Source: a virus | Lineage: Duplodnaviria > Caudoviricetes | Virus record (IMG/VR): IMGVR_UViG_3300032007_000069 | Coordinates: 10,328 to 74,327 of that record | Reading direction: 5' to 3' (one strand) | DNA: 64,000 nucleotides | In this document: piece by piece, positions 10,811-21,068 of the stretch | Layout of the letters: each line of letters starts with the position of its first letter | Position numbering within the stretch: the stretch's first letter is position 1 | The notes under the pieces: generated by a model | What the model was told of the DNA's origin: nothing | The model's database searches: none | The model's input: the letters and a program-made list of their open reading frames with translations, nothing else | Program-made: the position numbers and the translations under genes

Positions 10811-11025
10811 ACGTTAGACAAGAAAAACTACAGGGTGTTAGTACTGCGTCATGGGAAAGCATCCGCATACCTTGAGCCTCGGCAGCGTGCAGTGTATGTA
10901 TAGCACGTGTTGGTCGGAACAACATTCACCTTGCGCGGAATAGGGTCAGCCCAGCCGCCCGTGGTGTTAGTAAGCCATAGAAATGGATTTGAACGCTTCA
11001 CACAGAGACGATAGCAAGCGAAAGA

Positions 11026-12456
11026 ATGAAGAGAGCAGGTCACATATATGAGCAGATGTCCGTCTGGGACAACATCGTGGAGGCTGAGAACATTTCCACG
11101 AAGCGCAAGATGCGCAATCCCGGAGTCGTCCGTCATGTCGCCAACAGGTGGCAGAACCTCATCGAGATACAGGGTATGGTCCTCGACGGCCGTATGCGTA
11201 CCGATGAGTACATGCACGAGAAGCGGGTGAGCGGACAGGACAAGATGCGAGACATTGCGAAGGTGCATTTCCATCCGTCGCATATCGAGCACCAGCTGCT
11301 TACGATGGCCGCTGACAGAAGGATAGACAGGACACTCATACGGCACACATACGCAAGCCGTAAGGGGTACGGGCAGATAGCCTGTGCCTTGCAGATCCGC
11401 AAGAACGTCCGCAAGTATCGCGGCACGACTCGGTGGTACGGGCAAGGTGACATCTGCAAGTATTACGAGAACATTCCCCACTCCGTGATTAGGGAGAAGA
11501 TGGTTCGCCTGTTTAAGGACGAGAGATTTGTTGACGCTTTCATAGAACCCTTCGTGCGGTTCGCTGAGGACGGTATAGGCATACCCCTCGGCATCCGTCC
11601 GAGTCAGAGCACAGGCAACCTGGTATTGTCAGACTTCGACCACTTCATGCTCGAAGAGAACAAGGTGGAGGATTACGTCCGCTACCTTGACGATTTCTTC
11701 TTCACGGGCGAGACGAAGGGAGAGGTTCGGAGGAAGATGAAGAGGGCTGCTAAGTTCCTCAAGGAGCGGTACGGCTTCGTGCTCCATGAGCCGAAGATTC
11801 ACCGCATCGAGGAAGGTGTGGATATGATGGGTTTCGTGTTCTACGGTGTCCGTAACGACATGTGGTGGAGGAAGTCAGACAAGAGACGCTGGCTCCATCA
11901 CCGCAAGCAGGTCACCAACGGGAAGCGTCTGAGGGAGTTGGACGATGCCGCATGGGGAATGCTCAAATGGGGTAACAGCCATTGCAAGAAGCTGTGGAGC
12001 GTCAAGACCGGCAGACAGATACCTAAGAAGAAAATGGGTGTATCGTACAAGAAAGCAGGCATCCAGCGCACCGAGCGTCTGGACGCCAATGGTGTTCCAT
12101 TCATCGACGACCCGAAGATAGGCATGCAGACATTGCTCAAGAAGCCTGTCGAGTGCCTTCGGTGGGTTCCGAACGTGAAGACTTCTCAAGGCGAGGGACG
12201 TTATGCTGTCCGTGTTAGGTTCATGGGTGACACTTACAAGGTTATCGTGAATGCCATAGACATCAAGATTTTCTTCGCTGACATGACGAAGAACAAGGTC
12301 ACTCGGCTGAAGACCGTGTTCATCGACAAGGGTTCAATGCACTATGGTATCGACGAGGAGCAGACCGAGATCCTGGAGGTCGATGGCCGCAAGGTTATCG
12401 AGCAGGATGGCAAGGTCGTCTTTGAAGATACGGGTGCTGAGGTAGAATTTAAGTAA
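11026..12456 (+). CDS. DGR reverse transcriptase with about 140-aa C-terminal extension
   Basis: YVRYLDD catalytic motif, DGR-type GIPLGIRPSQ motif, GQGDICKYYENI; adjacent to the TR. Confidence 0.95.
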   Translation: MKRAGHIYEQMSVWDNIVEAENISTKRKMRNPGVVRHVANRWQNLIEIQGMVLDGRMRTDEYMHEKRVSGQDKMRDIAKVHFHPSHIEHQLLTMAADRRIDRTLIRHTYASRKGYGQIACALQIRKNVRKYRGTTRWYGQGDICKYYENIPHSVIREKMVRLFKDERFVDAFIEPFVRFAEDGIGIPLGIRPSQSTGNLVLSDFDHFMLEENKVEDYVRYLDDFFFTGETKGEVRRKMKRAAKFLKERYGFVLHEPKIHRIEEGVDMMGFVFYGVRNDMWWRKSDKRRWLHHRKQVTNGKRLRELDDAAWGMLKWGNSHCKKLWSVKTGRQIPKKKMGVSYKKAGIQRTERLDANGVPFIDDPKIGMQTLLKKPVECLRWVPNVKTSQGEGRYAVRVRFMGDTYKVIVNAIDIKIFFADMTKNKVTRLKTVFIDKGSMHYGIDEEQTEILEVDGRKVIEQDGKVVFEDTGAEVEFK

Positions 12457-12476
12457 CATCAAAAATTGTAAAGAAC

Positions 12477-12878
12477 ATGAATACAGGACATCTACAGAGA
12501 CGGTTCAGTACTAACCGCCCCGAGGTTTTTGACAAAGAGACTCGCATTGTCTGCCTTGACATTCAAGAGGCTGTGGAGAACGACGAGAACGGACAGGAGC
12601 AGCAAGGCTTCTCCTTCATTCCCGTGGAGATCGACCACCAGATGGACTACGGTCACATCAAGTCTCAGCTGATTGAAGCCGGCTTCGCCCAGAAGGATGA
12701 GTTCGGACTGCTGATGAACTCCGTGGAGAACATCATCAATGCCGTGAAGAACTCAAGCAGCTGGGCAACGTTCAAGTCAGCCTTGAACACCGAGGACATC
12801 GAGACGTTTGTTTCCTTCTGTGAGTTCCGCCGTGAGTGTGCCAATGCCGCTCATGTGGTAATCAGCAACTATCAGTAA
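12477..12878 (+). CDS. Hypothetical protein downstream of the DGR RT
   Basis: 133 aa ORF with A-rich Bacteroidota-type start context. Confidence 0.65.
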   Translation: MNTGHLQRRFSTNRPEVFDKETRIVCLDIQEAVENDENGQEQQGFSFIPVEIDHQMDYGHIKSQLIEAGFAQKDEFGLLMNSVENIINAVKNSSSWATFKSALNTEDIETFVSFCEFRRECANAAHVVISNYQ

Positions 12879-12884
12879 GCGCCT

Positions 12885-15800
12885 ATGAAAATCAAAGGAG
12901 CATTTCCTGTCCGATGGGCTGCGCAGGATGGAGCACCTGGTACTGGAGTCACTATCGTGCAAGCCTTGTGCTTCACGAAGTATGCCTCAAGCAACTCCGG
13001 CACCACCCATCCTGCGGACTCGTCGAGCGACTGGAAGACATCAGTACCCACGGTAGCCAATGGCAACTACCTGTGGACGTGGACGCATGTTCACTATTCG
13101 GATGGCACGCACACCGATTCCTATTCCGTGTCGAGGATGGGTATTGACGGTGTAGGTATCATTTCGTCTGTCACGAAGTATTGTCAGAAAGCCAACACGA
13201 ACACGGCACCGGAGAACTTCCCAGAAAGCGACTGGGGAGCGTTCCCTACCAACCTCGTGAACGACTACTGGCTGTACACTCGGACGATAGTGACGTACAG
13301 CAACCAAGACACCGCCATCAGCTATGACGTGGCTCAGATAGGCCAAGGCTCATACTATGCAGGGTGCCAGGAGTACTATTGCGTGTCTAACGATGGTGAC
13401 AATGCTCCTTCGGGCTATCCCAACTCCAAGCCTTTCGTGGACGGTGTGGCTACTTATGCCAATGGTGAGGCATGTAACGTGACAGGCTCATGGAGCACGT
13501 CCAAGCCTACGGCAAACAACTCCACCCCGTACATCTGGAACTTCGAGATCAGCTACGACAGCCGAGGCAACAAGTATGTCACACGTCCTGTCAGAATAGG
13601 CAACTTCGCCAAGGGTATCTCCAGCATCGTCGAGACGTACACCATCAGCTCCCACAATGACGTGGAGAGCATGTTGGCAGACTTGACGGAGCGTGGCGAC
13701 TACCAGTGGCAGGACGAGCAGCATGCAGCCGTTCCGACTGACGAGTACCCGTACCAATGGAACAAGACGGTCGTGAACTATAACAACGGCAGTCCGGACA
13801 CGTACTACCATATCAGTGCCGTGAAGGGTGCCGACGGCAAAGGCTCGACGTACATTGACCTCGACAATGAGAACGATTCCATGCTCTATGACGGAGCAGG
13901 GAACCTCATAGGCGGTAACAGCGGATGGGTGACGAGTAACATCAGCCTCTACTCGAATGGTCAGAAGATAACCTCCAACCTGCCTACATTCTCCATCAAG
14001 GAACGCAGCGCGTCCATCACCTCCGCCAATGCGGTTATCAGCGGACAGGTGTTGACCGTGAAAGGCCTCACGGGAGATAGCGGCTGGGTCGTTGTCAAGT
14101 GTACCTACAATAACGTGGAGTACACGGCAAAAATGACCATCAAGAGGCTCGTGGGAGTGGATAAGTATGAGCTTCAGCTGAACCACAACGCTGTGTCGTA
14201 CAATACGACGACAGGTGTGCTTTCCAACACCGATATAGCGGTCAATGTGTACAGGACAGCACAAAACGGCTCACGCACGAAGGTCACTACCATGGCCACC
14301 TATACGCTTACTGCCAAGCTATACCCGAACGGAGCGAGCACGAACTCAAGGAGTATCACCTTCAACTCCAGCGGTAACGGAACGGCAAGCATCACTGCAG
14401 AAGAGGCAGCGGCATGGACGAACTTCGCCATCGTGCTCTTCAAGAACGGCAGTGAGGTTGACCGAGAGACCATCCCCATCAACAAGGCACAGAACGGTGG
14501 CCAAGGTCCTGGTGCCATCATCCTTGACCTCGACAACGAAAATGACTCGATGCTGTATGACGGGGCGAATAACAAGCTGTCGGGTAACGTCACCTCACAG
14601 GCAAGGTTGCTCGATGCCGGAGAGGATAAGACCTCTGACGTCACGAACTGGGACTTGGTGGATAAGACCAACGTCACGGGTTCCATCAACGGCAGCGGAC
14701 TTGTCACCATCACGGCTATCAGCGCAACGTCCGGCAGTGCCGTGGCTGTCGCCACCTACGGAGGCCAGCAGTATAGGGCGAAAATCACCATCAAGAAACT
14801 GGTCGGTGTGGATAAGTTCGAGATTGTCTGCTCTCCAAATGCGCTGACGTACAACACGACGAAAGCCACGAACCAGCAGCAGGCGGTGAATGTCAAGGTG
14901 TACCGCACAGGCCAGAATGGAGCGCGGTCGCTTGTCGCCAGTCTCTCCACCTATGGTCTGAAGTTGAGGTACTACTGGCAGACGACACAGGGAGGTACAT
15001 GGGGAGGCCCTTCGTCCATCACGGACGGAACTGAGGACGGCAAGTACAACAGCGGTGCAGACAAGACCCTGTATGCGAACATGTACTATGCCTATCGGTA
15101 TGAGCTTCTTGACTCGGATAATGTCATTCTCGATGTCGAGACGGTGCCTATCAGCAAGACCTCTGACGGAGAGGGCAAGGATGCTATCATGCTCGACTTG
15201 GATAACGAGAACGATTCCATCCTGTACGATGGTGCCGACAACCCTGTTTCCGATGTCGTGGTCAGCACGGGAAGCCTCTATAAAGGACCGAACAAGGTGA
15301 CGAGCGGCATCACATGGAGCATCGCCTCTGTCGAGGGCTGTACGATGATGAACAACGGTGCAGCGACAAGCAGCAGCTACTCACGCTCCAACTATCCCAC
15401 GGCAGCATGGATAAGCTCCAATGGTCTCGTGAAGGTCAACGGCTTGTCTGCCTCACAGGGCAAGGTGGTGGTGAATGCTCACTATGGCGATAACGACTAT
15501 CAAGCCACCCTCACCTTGAAGAAGCTGAGAGGTGTCGATAAGTATGAGCTGGTTCTGAAGCCTGCGGCATTGACGTACAACTCCACCACGGGTTTGGTGA
15601 ATGGCGCGTCTTCCGCAACCGTGATTGCTGAGATCTGGAGAACGGCACAGAATGGTGACAGGACGCTGGTTGACGACTTCAACGGAGCCAATCAGTACGG
15701 CTTGTCGATTGTCGTCACTCCGGATGCAGGAAGCCTCTCGGGTTCAACACCTAAGAGCTATGGCCTCGATTTCGCTGTCAGCAGCTCGCTTGCCAACACG

Positions 15801-18623
15801 GCATCGAATATCGCTGTGACGCTGAAGAAGGGAACCATGACCTATGACAGCGAGACCATTCCCATCGCCAAGACGACGAATGGTAGCGGTTCTCCTGGTC
15901 CTGCAGCCAAGGCCATCTATCGCCTGTCGTTCGCTCAGCCTGCCACTCCTACGGGTGCAAGCCCACAGGGTAGCGGTGCCCTCGCATGGCATGACGACCC
16001 ATTCGTGCAGGATGATGTCAAGATAGACCTCCAAGGTGACTGGTTCAGAGACACGGACGGCTTCATGCGTGCCCCTGCAGTCGGAACGTATCAGTACGTT
16101 CATGAGACCCTTTCGTTCGTGACCACAGCGAGCAACCAGAAAGTGTACCTCAGAGTGAAGGCAACGCTCGGCAGCGGTTCGTACATAAGAATCGGAAACC
16201 TCGATGCGACGGTTCCTGCAACCGACTACATGCGTAGCGTGAGCGGAAGCAACCAGGACACTGGAGATATTGAGGTGACCGTGCCTTACGCAGGTACGCA
16301 CTTCATCATTGTGAGGTACTATCGAGGCGGAAATACAGACACCTATGCCAAGTTCGCCTGTGGCAAGATGGACGTCTGGCAGTCCAACGCTAAGACGTAC
16401 AATGCAGCAGGAACCATCACGGCATGGAGCACACCTTTCAAGGTAGGCTCTGACAGCGAGTCGGATTCCTCTGAGACCCATGCGAACATCTTGAAGCAGA
16501 CAGCTTTCATCGCTAACAAGATGGATGCCTGGCTGACGAAGAACGGCTCAACCTCTGAAGGTACTGGAGGCAGGAACTCATACGTCGGTGATCCCGATTA
16601 CGGCTCTTCCATCAAGGAGCTGCTGATGCAGTCTGTATGGGAACCGGACGGTGACCAGCCTCTCAAGGCGAGCAAGTGGTACACGCTGTCCTTCTGGGCA
16701 AAGTCGAAGCCTTACATTCAGATTACGAAGAATGAGACCAGCAATGCCTATGGTTTCGCAAGGGTCAAGCCCATCTACTTCGAGGCAGGTGTGACCAACA
16801 CCATTTGGGTGAACGGCTATGTCTCTTCTGCAGCCAAGAACGCAGGAAAGAGTCTGAGGGTGTTCGTCTATGGTGACGGAGAGAATGACGGATGGGGCAG
16901 CACAATCGCTTCGGTGAAGATTGAAGCCACGTCTGCCACTACTGCCAGCGCCACCTTCACGGTTCCGACGACAGGATGGTACAACATCATGGCATACGTC
17001 TATTTGGAGCCTAACGGAGGCAATAGCCCCGTCGATGGCCAGACAGCCCGTGTGAACTACTATCGTGTCGATAGGGGCATGAGGATGAGGACGTACCTCT
17101 ATCCGAACTGCAATAATGGCGAGCAGTCCAGCTACACAGCCATTGACACCTCAGCAGGTCGTATCTTGGACGGTCAGATGCTCTCTACCTCTCCTACCGA
17201 CAACGGAGCGGAGTTCAAGCTCACTGAGGACTGGACGAAGCACACGTTGGTCTTCAAGACGAGAAGCTATATCCCGAACAAGCGCCAGCAGTTCTTGATA
17301 AGGATGCACGAGGCTTGCAACGGCATATACGTCTGTATGCCTAAGCTCGAAGAGGGCACACAGGCTACAGGCTACGTGACCAATGACAATGACCCCGTGG
17401 ATCTTGCCATCGAGGAAACCGGATTCCCGAACGACAGAGGTGTATGGGTAGAGTCACCTGCCACCCCTTACCAATGGAATGATACGAGCCGCGACTATGT
17501 GGCTTCATCAGTCAGCGGTGAGTGGAAGCGCTACTTCGTCAAGAAGAAGGGTATGGTAGTACCTAACGGCACAGGCCCGACAAGCGGTGGCAACAGCTAT
17601 TGGGAAGAAGGTTCGAGGATAAGCACTCTTTTGGTGAACACCATCGTAGGTGCGAATGCCGAGATTACCTTCGCCAAGAGCAACCGCATCCTTGTCACCA
17701 ATGCAAACGGAACGGTAGCCGCTGGTATGGGCGGTGCTGAGAACGGCAACGACGACTATCCTCTGTGGGTGGGCGCCACCTATGCGAACAGAGCCAACGC
17801 TCCGTTCAAGGTGTCCCTGGCAGGAAAGCTGTATGCCAATGGCGCGGTTATCATGGGTAAGATTACAGGCTCAGTCAGAAACCCCTTCTGCAGGACTGAC
17901 AACATACCCACGGACTACAATGGCGACAACCTTGCGCTGGTGTCTTCTTCGTCTGGAACCGTGACCATCGTGACGGGAACCTTCAATATGATGATGGGAA
18001 GCAACCCAGCCAATATGAGCGGTAGAACCATCAGACTTGTTGCAGGTAAATGGGGCAACACCTATGGAAACGGAACGGCTACGGTCTATTTCCGTGACAA
18101 CAGCTCTTACAACACCTACCCGATTTGGGAGAACGGTCACGAGGTTGACCATATCAGCATTTCAAACGAGGTGGTCGAGCTGCTTGGCTATGGTGACGGC
18201 AGTACCTTCTTCGGTTGGATAGTTCTGAACAGGATTGACTTCATGACGAATGCCCAGTATGGTGTCGGTGCGAAGTGTCTGATGTACGGAAAGATTACAG
18301 GTACTCCGAGCGGTTTGACAAGAAACTACTTGAAGGCCTTCGACGCATCGAGCATCACCATATCGAGGACGAACACGGGTCTGTACAAGATTACCGTGCC
18401 TACATCATGGAAGCTGTCAACGAACCACCTGCTTGTGCTGGCCACTCCTGTAGGCTATATCTATAACGGAAGTAATATGCTGTTCTGCTCGGTCGAGAGC
18501 ATAGAGACTGACAGCTCCGGATATGTCAGCGCTTTCACCCTGCAGTGTTCTGACGACCAGTCAAGGAACGACGGTTGTATCAGCTTCGCGGTGTTTAACA
18601 TGAACGATTGGACGAACTATTAG
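12885..18623 (+). CDS. Large tail fibre/host-specificity protein with three internal repeats
   Basis: 1912 aa, Thr/Ser/Asn/Gly-rich; N-terminal WKTSVPTVANGNYLWT-type anti-receptor repeats; DLDNENDSxLYDG occurs three times. Confidence 0.7.
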   Translation: MKIKGAFPVRWAAQDGAPGTGVTIVQALCFTKYASSNSGTTHPADSSSDWKTSVPTVANGNYLWTWTHVHYSDGTHTDSYSVSRMGIDGVGIISSVTKYCQKANTNTAPENFPESDWGAFPTNLVNDYWLYTRTIVTYSNQDTAISYDVAQIGQGSYYAGCQEYYCVSNDGDNAPSGYPNSKPFVDGVATYANGEACNVTGSWSTSKPTANNSTPYIWNFEISYDSRGNKYVTRPVRIGNFAKGISSIVETYTISSHNDVESMLADLTERGDYQWQDEQHAAVPTDEYPYQWNKTVVNYNNGSPDTYYHISAVKGADGKGSTYIDLDNENDSMLYDGAGNLIGGNSGWVTSNISLYSNGQKITSNLPTFSIKERSASITSANAVISGQVLTVKGLTGDSGWVVVKCTYNNVEYTAKMTIKRLVGVDKYELQLNHNAVSYNTTTGVLSNTDIAVNVYRTAQNGSRTKVTTMATYTLTAKLYPNGASTNSRSITFNSSGNGTASITAEEAAAWTNFAIVLFKNGSEVDRETIPINKAQNGGQGPGAIILDLDNENDSMLYDGANNKLSGNVTSQARLLDAGEDKTSDVTNWDLVDKTNVTGSINGSGLVTITAISATSGSAVAVATYGGQQYRAKITIKKLVGVDKFEIVCSPNALTYNTTKATNQQQAVNVKVYRTGQNGARSLVASLSTYGLKLRYYWQTTQGGTWGGPSSITDGTEDGKYNSGADKTLYANMYYAYRYELLDSDNVILDVETVPISKTSDGEGKDAIMLDLDNENDSILYDGADNPVSDVVVSTGSLYKGPNKVTSGITWSIASVEGCTMMNNGAATSSSYSRSNYPTAAWISSNGLVKVNGLSASQGKVVVNAHYGDNDYQATLTLKKLRGVDKYELVLKPAALTYNSTTGLVNGASSATVIAEIWRTAQNGDRTLVDDFNGANQYGLSIVVTPDAGSLSGSTPKSYGLDFAVSSSLANTASNIAVTLKKGTMTYDSETIPIAKTTNGSGSPGPAAKAIYRLSFAQPATPTGASPQGSGALAWHDDPFVQDDVKIDLQGDWFRDTDGFMRAPAVGTYQYVHETLSFVTTASNQKVYLRVKATLGSGSYIRIGNLDATVPATDYMRSVSGSNQDTGDIEVTVPYAGTHFIIVRYYRGGNTDTYAKFACGKMDVWQSNAKTYNAAGTITAWSTPFKVGSDSESDSSETHANILKQTAFIANKMDAWLTKNGSTSEGTGGRNSYVGDPDYGSSIKELLMQSVWEPDGDQPLKASKWYTLSFWAKSKPYIQITKNETSNAYGFARVKPIYFEAGVTNTIWVNGYVSSAAKNAGKSLRVFVYGDGENDGWGSTIASVKIEATSATTASATFTVPTTGWYNIMAYVYLEPNGGNSPVDGQTARVNYYRVDRGMRMRTYLYPNCNNGEQSSYTAIDTSAGRILDGQMLSTSPTDNGAEFKLTEDWTKHTLVFKTRSYIPNKRQQFLIRMHEACNGIYVCMPKLEEGTQATGYVTNDNDPVDLAIEETGFPNDRGVWVESPATPYQWNDTSRDYVASSVSGEWKRYFVKKKGMVVPNGTGPTSGGNSYWEEGSRISTLLVNTIVGANAEITFAKSNRILVTNANGTVAAGMGGAENGNDDYPLWVGATYANRANAPFKVSLAGKLYANGAVIMGKITGSVRNPFCRTDNIPTDYNGDNLALVSSSSGTVTIVTGTFNMMMGSNPANMSGRTIRLVAGKWGNTYGNGTATVYFRDNSSYNTYPIWENGHEVDHISISNEVVELLGYGDGSTFFGWIVLNRIDFMTNAQYGVGAKCLMYGKITGTPSGLTRNYLKAFDASSITISRTNTGLYKITVPTSWKLSTNHLLVLATPVGYIYNGSNMLFCSVESIETDSSGYVSAFTLQCSDDQSRNDGCISFAVFNMNDWTNY
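13857..15890 (+). repeat. Three tandem ~223-aa repeat units inside the tail fibre
   Basis: DLDNENDS codons start at 13857, 14526 and 15195 (669-nt period); VGVDKY/FEL and ETI/VPIxK also recur; end coordinate is approximate. Confidence 0.85.
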
Positions 18624-18625
18624 TC

Positions 18626-18892
18626 ATGAAAATCAATTTTGACGAAATGAAAATCTACACCTCCCTCGACAAAGAGGGCGGTGTAGTTCAGAGCATCAGG
18701 AAGGACTTCGCCAACCTCATCTATACAGAGGGGAGAGGCATCGAGGCTCATGCCCTTGCTCTGAAAATCTACAATGGCGATGCAGAGACGGAGTACAACG
18801 ACATGGAAGTTGCCATGATAAGAGACTTCTCGAAGATCTGCAGCCCATGTGTGATTGACGCTTTCGAGCGTGCTCTGAAAGGAGGTGTGTGA
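18626..18892 (+). CDS. Hypothetical protein (possible tail assembly chaperone)
   Basis: ATG 3 nt after the tail-fibre stop; 88 aa. Confidence 0.55.
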   Translation: MKINFDEMKIYTSLDKEGGVVQSIRKDFANLIYTEGRGIEAHALALKIYNGDAETEYNDMEVAMIRDFSKICSPCVIDAFERALKGGV

Positions 18893-19209
18893 TGAAGCTT
18901 GTGTTCAATAACATCATCCCCTTCAAGGGCTATGCTGCCATGTGTATCGGCAACCTCGTGTTCGTGAGGAAAGGAGTGCGAGTCACGACGACCCTCATCA
19001 ATCACGAGGCCATACACTCTGAGCAGTGGAAGGAGTGCCTGTATGTGTTCTTCCTGCCCATCTACGTCCTGTCATTCCTTTGGCAGTTCGTTAGGTGCTG
19101 GAAGTGGCACCAGGCATATCGGAGCGTATGCTTCGAGCGTGAAGCCTATGCCCACCAGTCAGAAGAAGGCTACCTCTCAAAGAGGAAGCGCTTCGCTTGG
19201 GTAAGGTAG
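18889..19209 (+). CDS. Membrane protein with HExxH (zincin-like) motif
   Basis: NHEAIH followed by a hydrophobic helix and FEREAY. Confidence 0.55.
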   Translation: MMKLVFNNIIPFKGYAAMCIGNLVFVRKGVRVTTTLINHEAIHSEQWKECLYVFFLPIYVLSFLWQFVRCWKWHQAYRSVCFEREAYAHQSEEGYLSKRKRFAWVR

Positions 19210-19283
19210 TTTGTTGGCTTCTATCTGCACTGCGGTCGTGAAGGTGGAGCCGGTTATGGTTGAATCATTTGTTTAACGTAAAA

Positions 19284-19646
19284 ATGGATTTCAGTGTAGT
19301 ATTAGAAGTATTCGCGGCTGTTACTACAGCCCTTGGCGGTTGGGAGGCCATCAAGTACCTCCTAAACCGCAAGACGAACCAGCGCAAGGAAGAGGCGGAA
19401 GCCGACAGCGTGGAGTTCGGTGTGCTCAAAGAGACGATAACCTTCCTGCAGGAACAGCTCCATGAACAGGTTATGCAGGATGCGGAGAAGGAGAAGCGTT
19501 TCGTAGAGCAGACTCAGCGATTGCGGAAGGTGCAGGATGAAAACTCGAAGCTCCTGCAGGAGAAAGCCAAGCTGGAGTTAGACCTTCAGATGTACCGCTG
19601 CATTCGGAAGAAATGTAATAATCGTGAACCTCAAAACGGCTATTAA
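19284..19646 (+). CDS. Holin-like protein
   Basis: One N-terminal hydrophobic helix plus a charged coiled coil, immediately before the endolysin. Confidence 0.5.
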   Translation: MDFSVVLEVFAAVTTALGGWEAIKYLLNRKTNQRKEEAEADSVEFGVLKETITFLQEQLHEQVMQDAEKEKRFVEQTQRLRKVQDENSKLLQEKAKLELDLQMYRCIRKKCNNREPQNGY

Positions 19647-19648
19647 GT

Positions 19649-20434
19649 ATGGTTTTGAAAAAAGGTAGTAAAGGACAGGAGGTCAAGGCGCTGCAAGGTG
19701 CCTTGCACCTCTATCCGCAAGACGGCATCTTCGGTCAGAAGACGGAGGATGCGGTGAAAGCGTTTCAGAAGGCCAAAGGCTTGAAGGTCGATGGCATAGT
19801 CGGTAACCAGACTTGGGCGCTCCTGTTTCCCGAAGACAATGGCGGTCTCGCCATCACGAAGGGATATATCAGCACCCATATCACACCTCTGAGGAACAGG
19901 CCCATCAAGTACATTGCCGTCCACTACACGGCAGGCAGCACCTCAAGAAAGGGCACGGCACTCAACGCGAGGAACGTGTTCTTGAAGCGTAAAGCCTCTG
20001 CTGACTTCGTGGTGGATGATGGTAGTATCGTGCAAATCAATCCAGATCTGCAGAACTACTACTGCTGGAGCGTGGGCGACAAGAAGAACCCATATTCGGG
20101 CGGTGGCAGGCTCTATGGTGTGGCCACCAACAGGAACACTATCTCGATAGAGGTCTGTTCCAATCTGAAGAGCGGTTTCTCTGTCAACTATGCAAACCAT
20201 GAAGGATGGTACTTCACGGAGGCCTCACTCGACAACGCTCTGAAGCTCATAAGGCATCTGATGAAGAAGTACGGTGTTCCTAAGAGCAACGTTGTTCGCC
20301 ACTATGACGTGTCGGGAAAGCTGTGCCCAGGTGTGGTAGGCTGGAACGACTCCTATGTTTATGAAGACAACGGCAAGCAGCTCAGCAAGAAGAGCGACAG
20401 CTCGAAGTGGCTTGCCTTCTGGTCAAGAATCTAA
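19649..20434 (+). CDS. Endolysin: peptidoglycan-binding domain plus N-acetylmuramoyl-L-alanine amidase (Amidase_2-like)
   Basis: DGIFGQKTEDAVKAFQ...DGIVGNQTW binding domain; YIAVHYTA, SADFVVD, SIEVC and VVRHYDVSGKLCPG amidase motifs. Confidence 0.9.
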   Translation: MVLKKGSKGQEVKALQGALHLYPQDGIFGQKTEDAVKAFQKAKGLKVDGIVGNQTWALLFPEDNGGLAITKGYISTHITPLRNRPIKYIAVHYTAGSTSRKGTALNARNVFLKRKASADFVVDDGSIVQINPDLQNYYCWSVGDKKNPYSGGGRLYGVATNRNTISIEVCSNLKSGFSVNYANHEGWYFTEASLDNALKLIRHLMKKYGVPKSNVVRHYDVSGKLCPGVVGWNDSYVYEDNGKQLSKKSDSSKWLAFWSRI

Positions 20435-20446
20435 ATCGGTAAAGTT

Positions 20447-21043
20447 ATGATGGACTACATGAACCCCAACGAACACTGGCTCAATCCCGAACTGATGAAG
20501 GATATGAAGCCGGATGATGCACAGAAGCTTGGATGCTGCACAGCCATCGGCTACATTGCAGCCATCTTCGTAGGTCTGCTCCTTTGCGCCCTGCTCGGCT
20601 CCTGCAGAAGTCACAAGGACGTAGTGAACGAAACCAGGGACAGCGTGAGGGTGGAGGTCAAGGAGAAGATCGTCTATGTGCCGGACACGACCTACATCAC
20701 CATCCCTGCTCAGTCGGCAGAGGTGACGGTCAAGGACAGCACGAGCCATCTGGAGAACGAGTACGCTGAGTCCGATGCCCGTATCAACCCAGACGGCACC
20801 CTGTTCCACTCGCTGGCCACCAAGCCGCAGGAAAAGCCTGTGGAGTTCCAGAAGCCTATCGTCTCAAAGGACAGCATACGTGTCGAGACGAAATGGCGGA
20901 CGCGAACCATCACCAAGGAGGTCGAGCGCAAGAAGACATGGTGGGAGCAAACGAAGTCCTACGGCTTCTATGTGCTTGTGTTGCTTACTTTGTTCCGCTA
21001 CCGAAAGAAAATCTGGAAAGTGCTCATGGCCATCAAGGTCTGA
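20447..21043 (+). CDS. Lipoprotein with C-terminal TM helix (spanin-like)
   Basis: Hydrophobic helix ending in lipobox LLGS|C, and C-terminal YGFYVLVLLTLF, after the endolysin. Confidence 0.55.
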   Translation: MMDYMNPNEHWLNPELMKDMKPDDAQKLGCCTAIGYIAAIFVGLLLCALLGSCRSHKDVVNETRDSVRVEVKEKIVYVPDTTYITIPAQSAEVTVKDSTSHLENEYAESDARINPDGTLFHSLATKPQEKPVEFQKPIVSKDSIRVETKWRTRTITKEVERKKTWWEQTKSYGFYVLVLLTLFRYRKKIWKVLMAIKV

Positions 21044-21068
21044 GCTGGCGGACGTACAAACAGACAGC

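Noticed and set aside
10676-10903. 75-aa protein-coding ORF
   Set aside because: This is the DGR template repeat read in frame (Asn-rich AAC codons); it is expected to function as RNA.
12477-12878. Avd accessory protein
   Set aside because: The size fits, but it is acidic with a beta-type N-terminus and I recognise no Avd motif; left as hypothetical.
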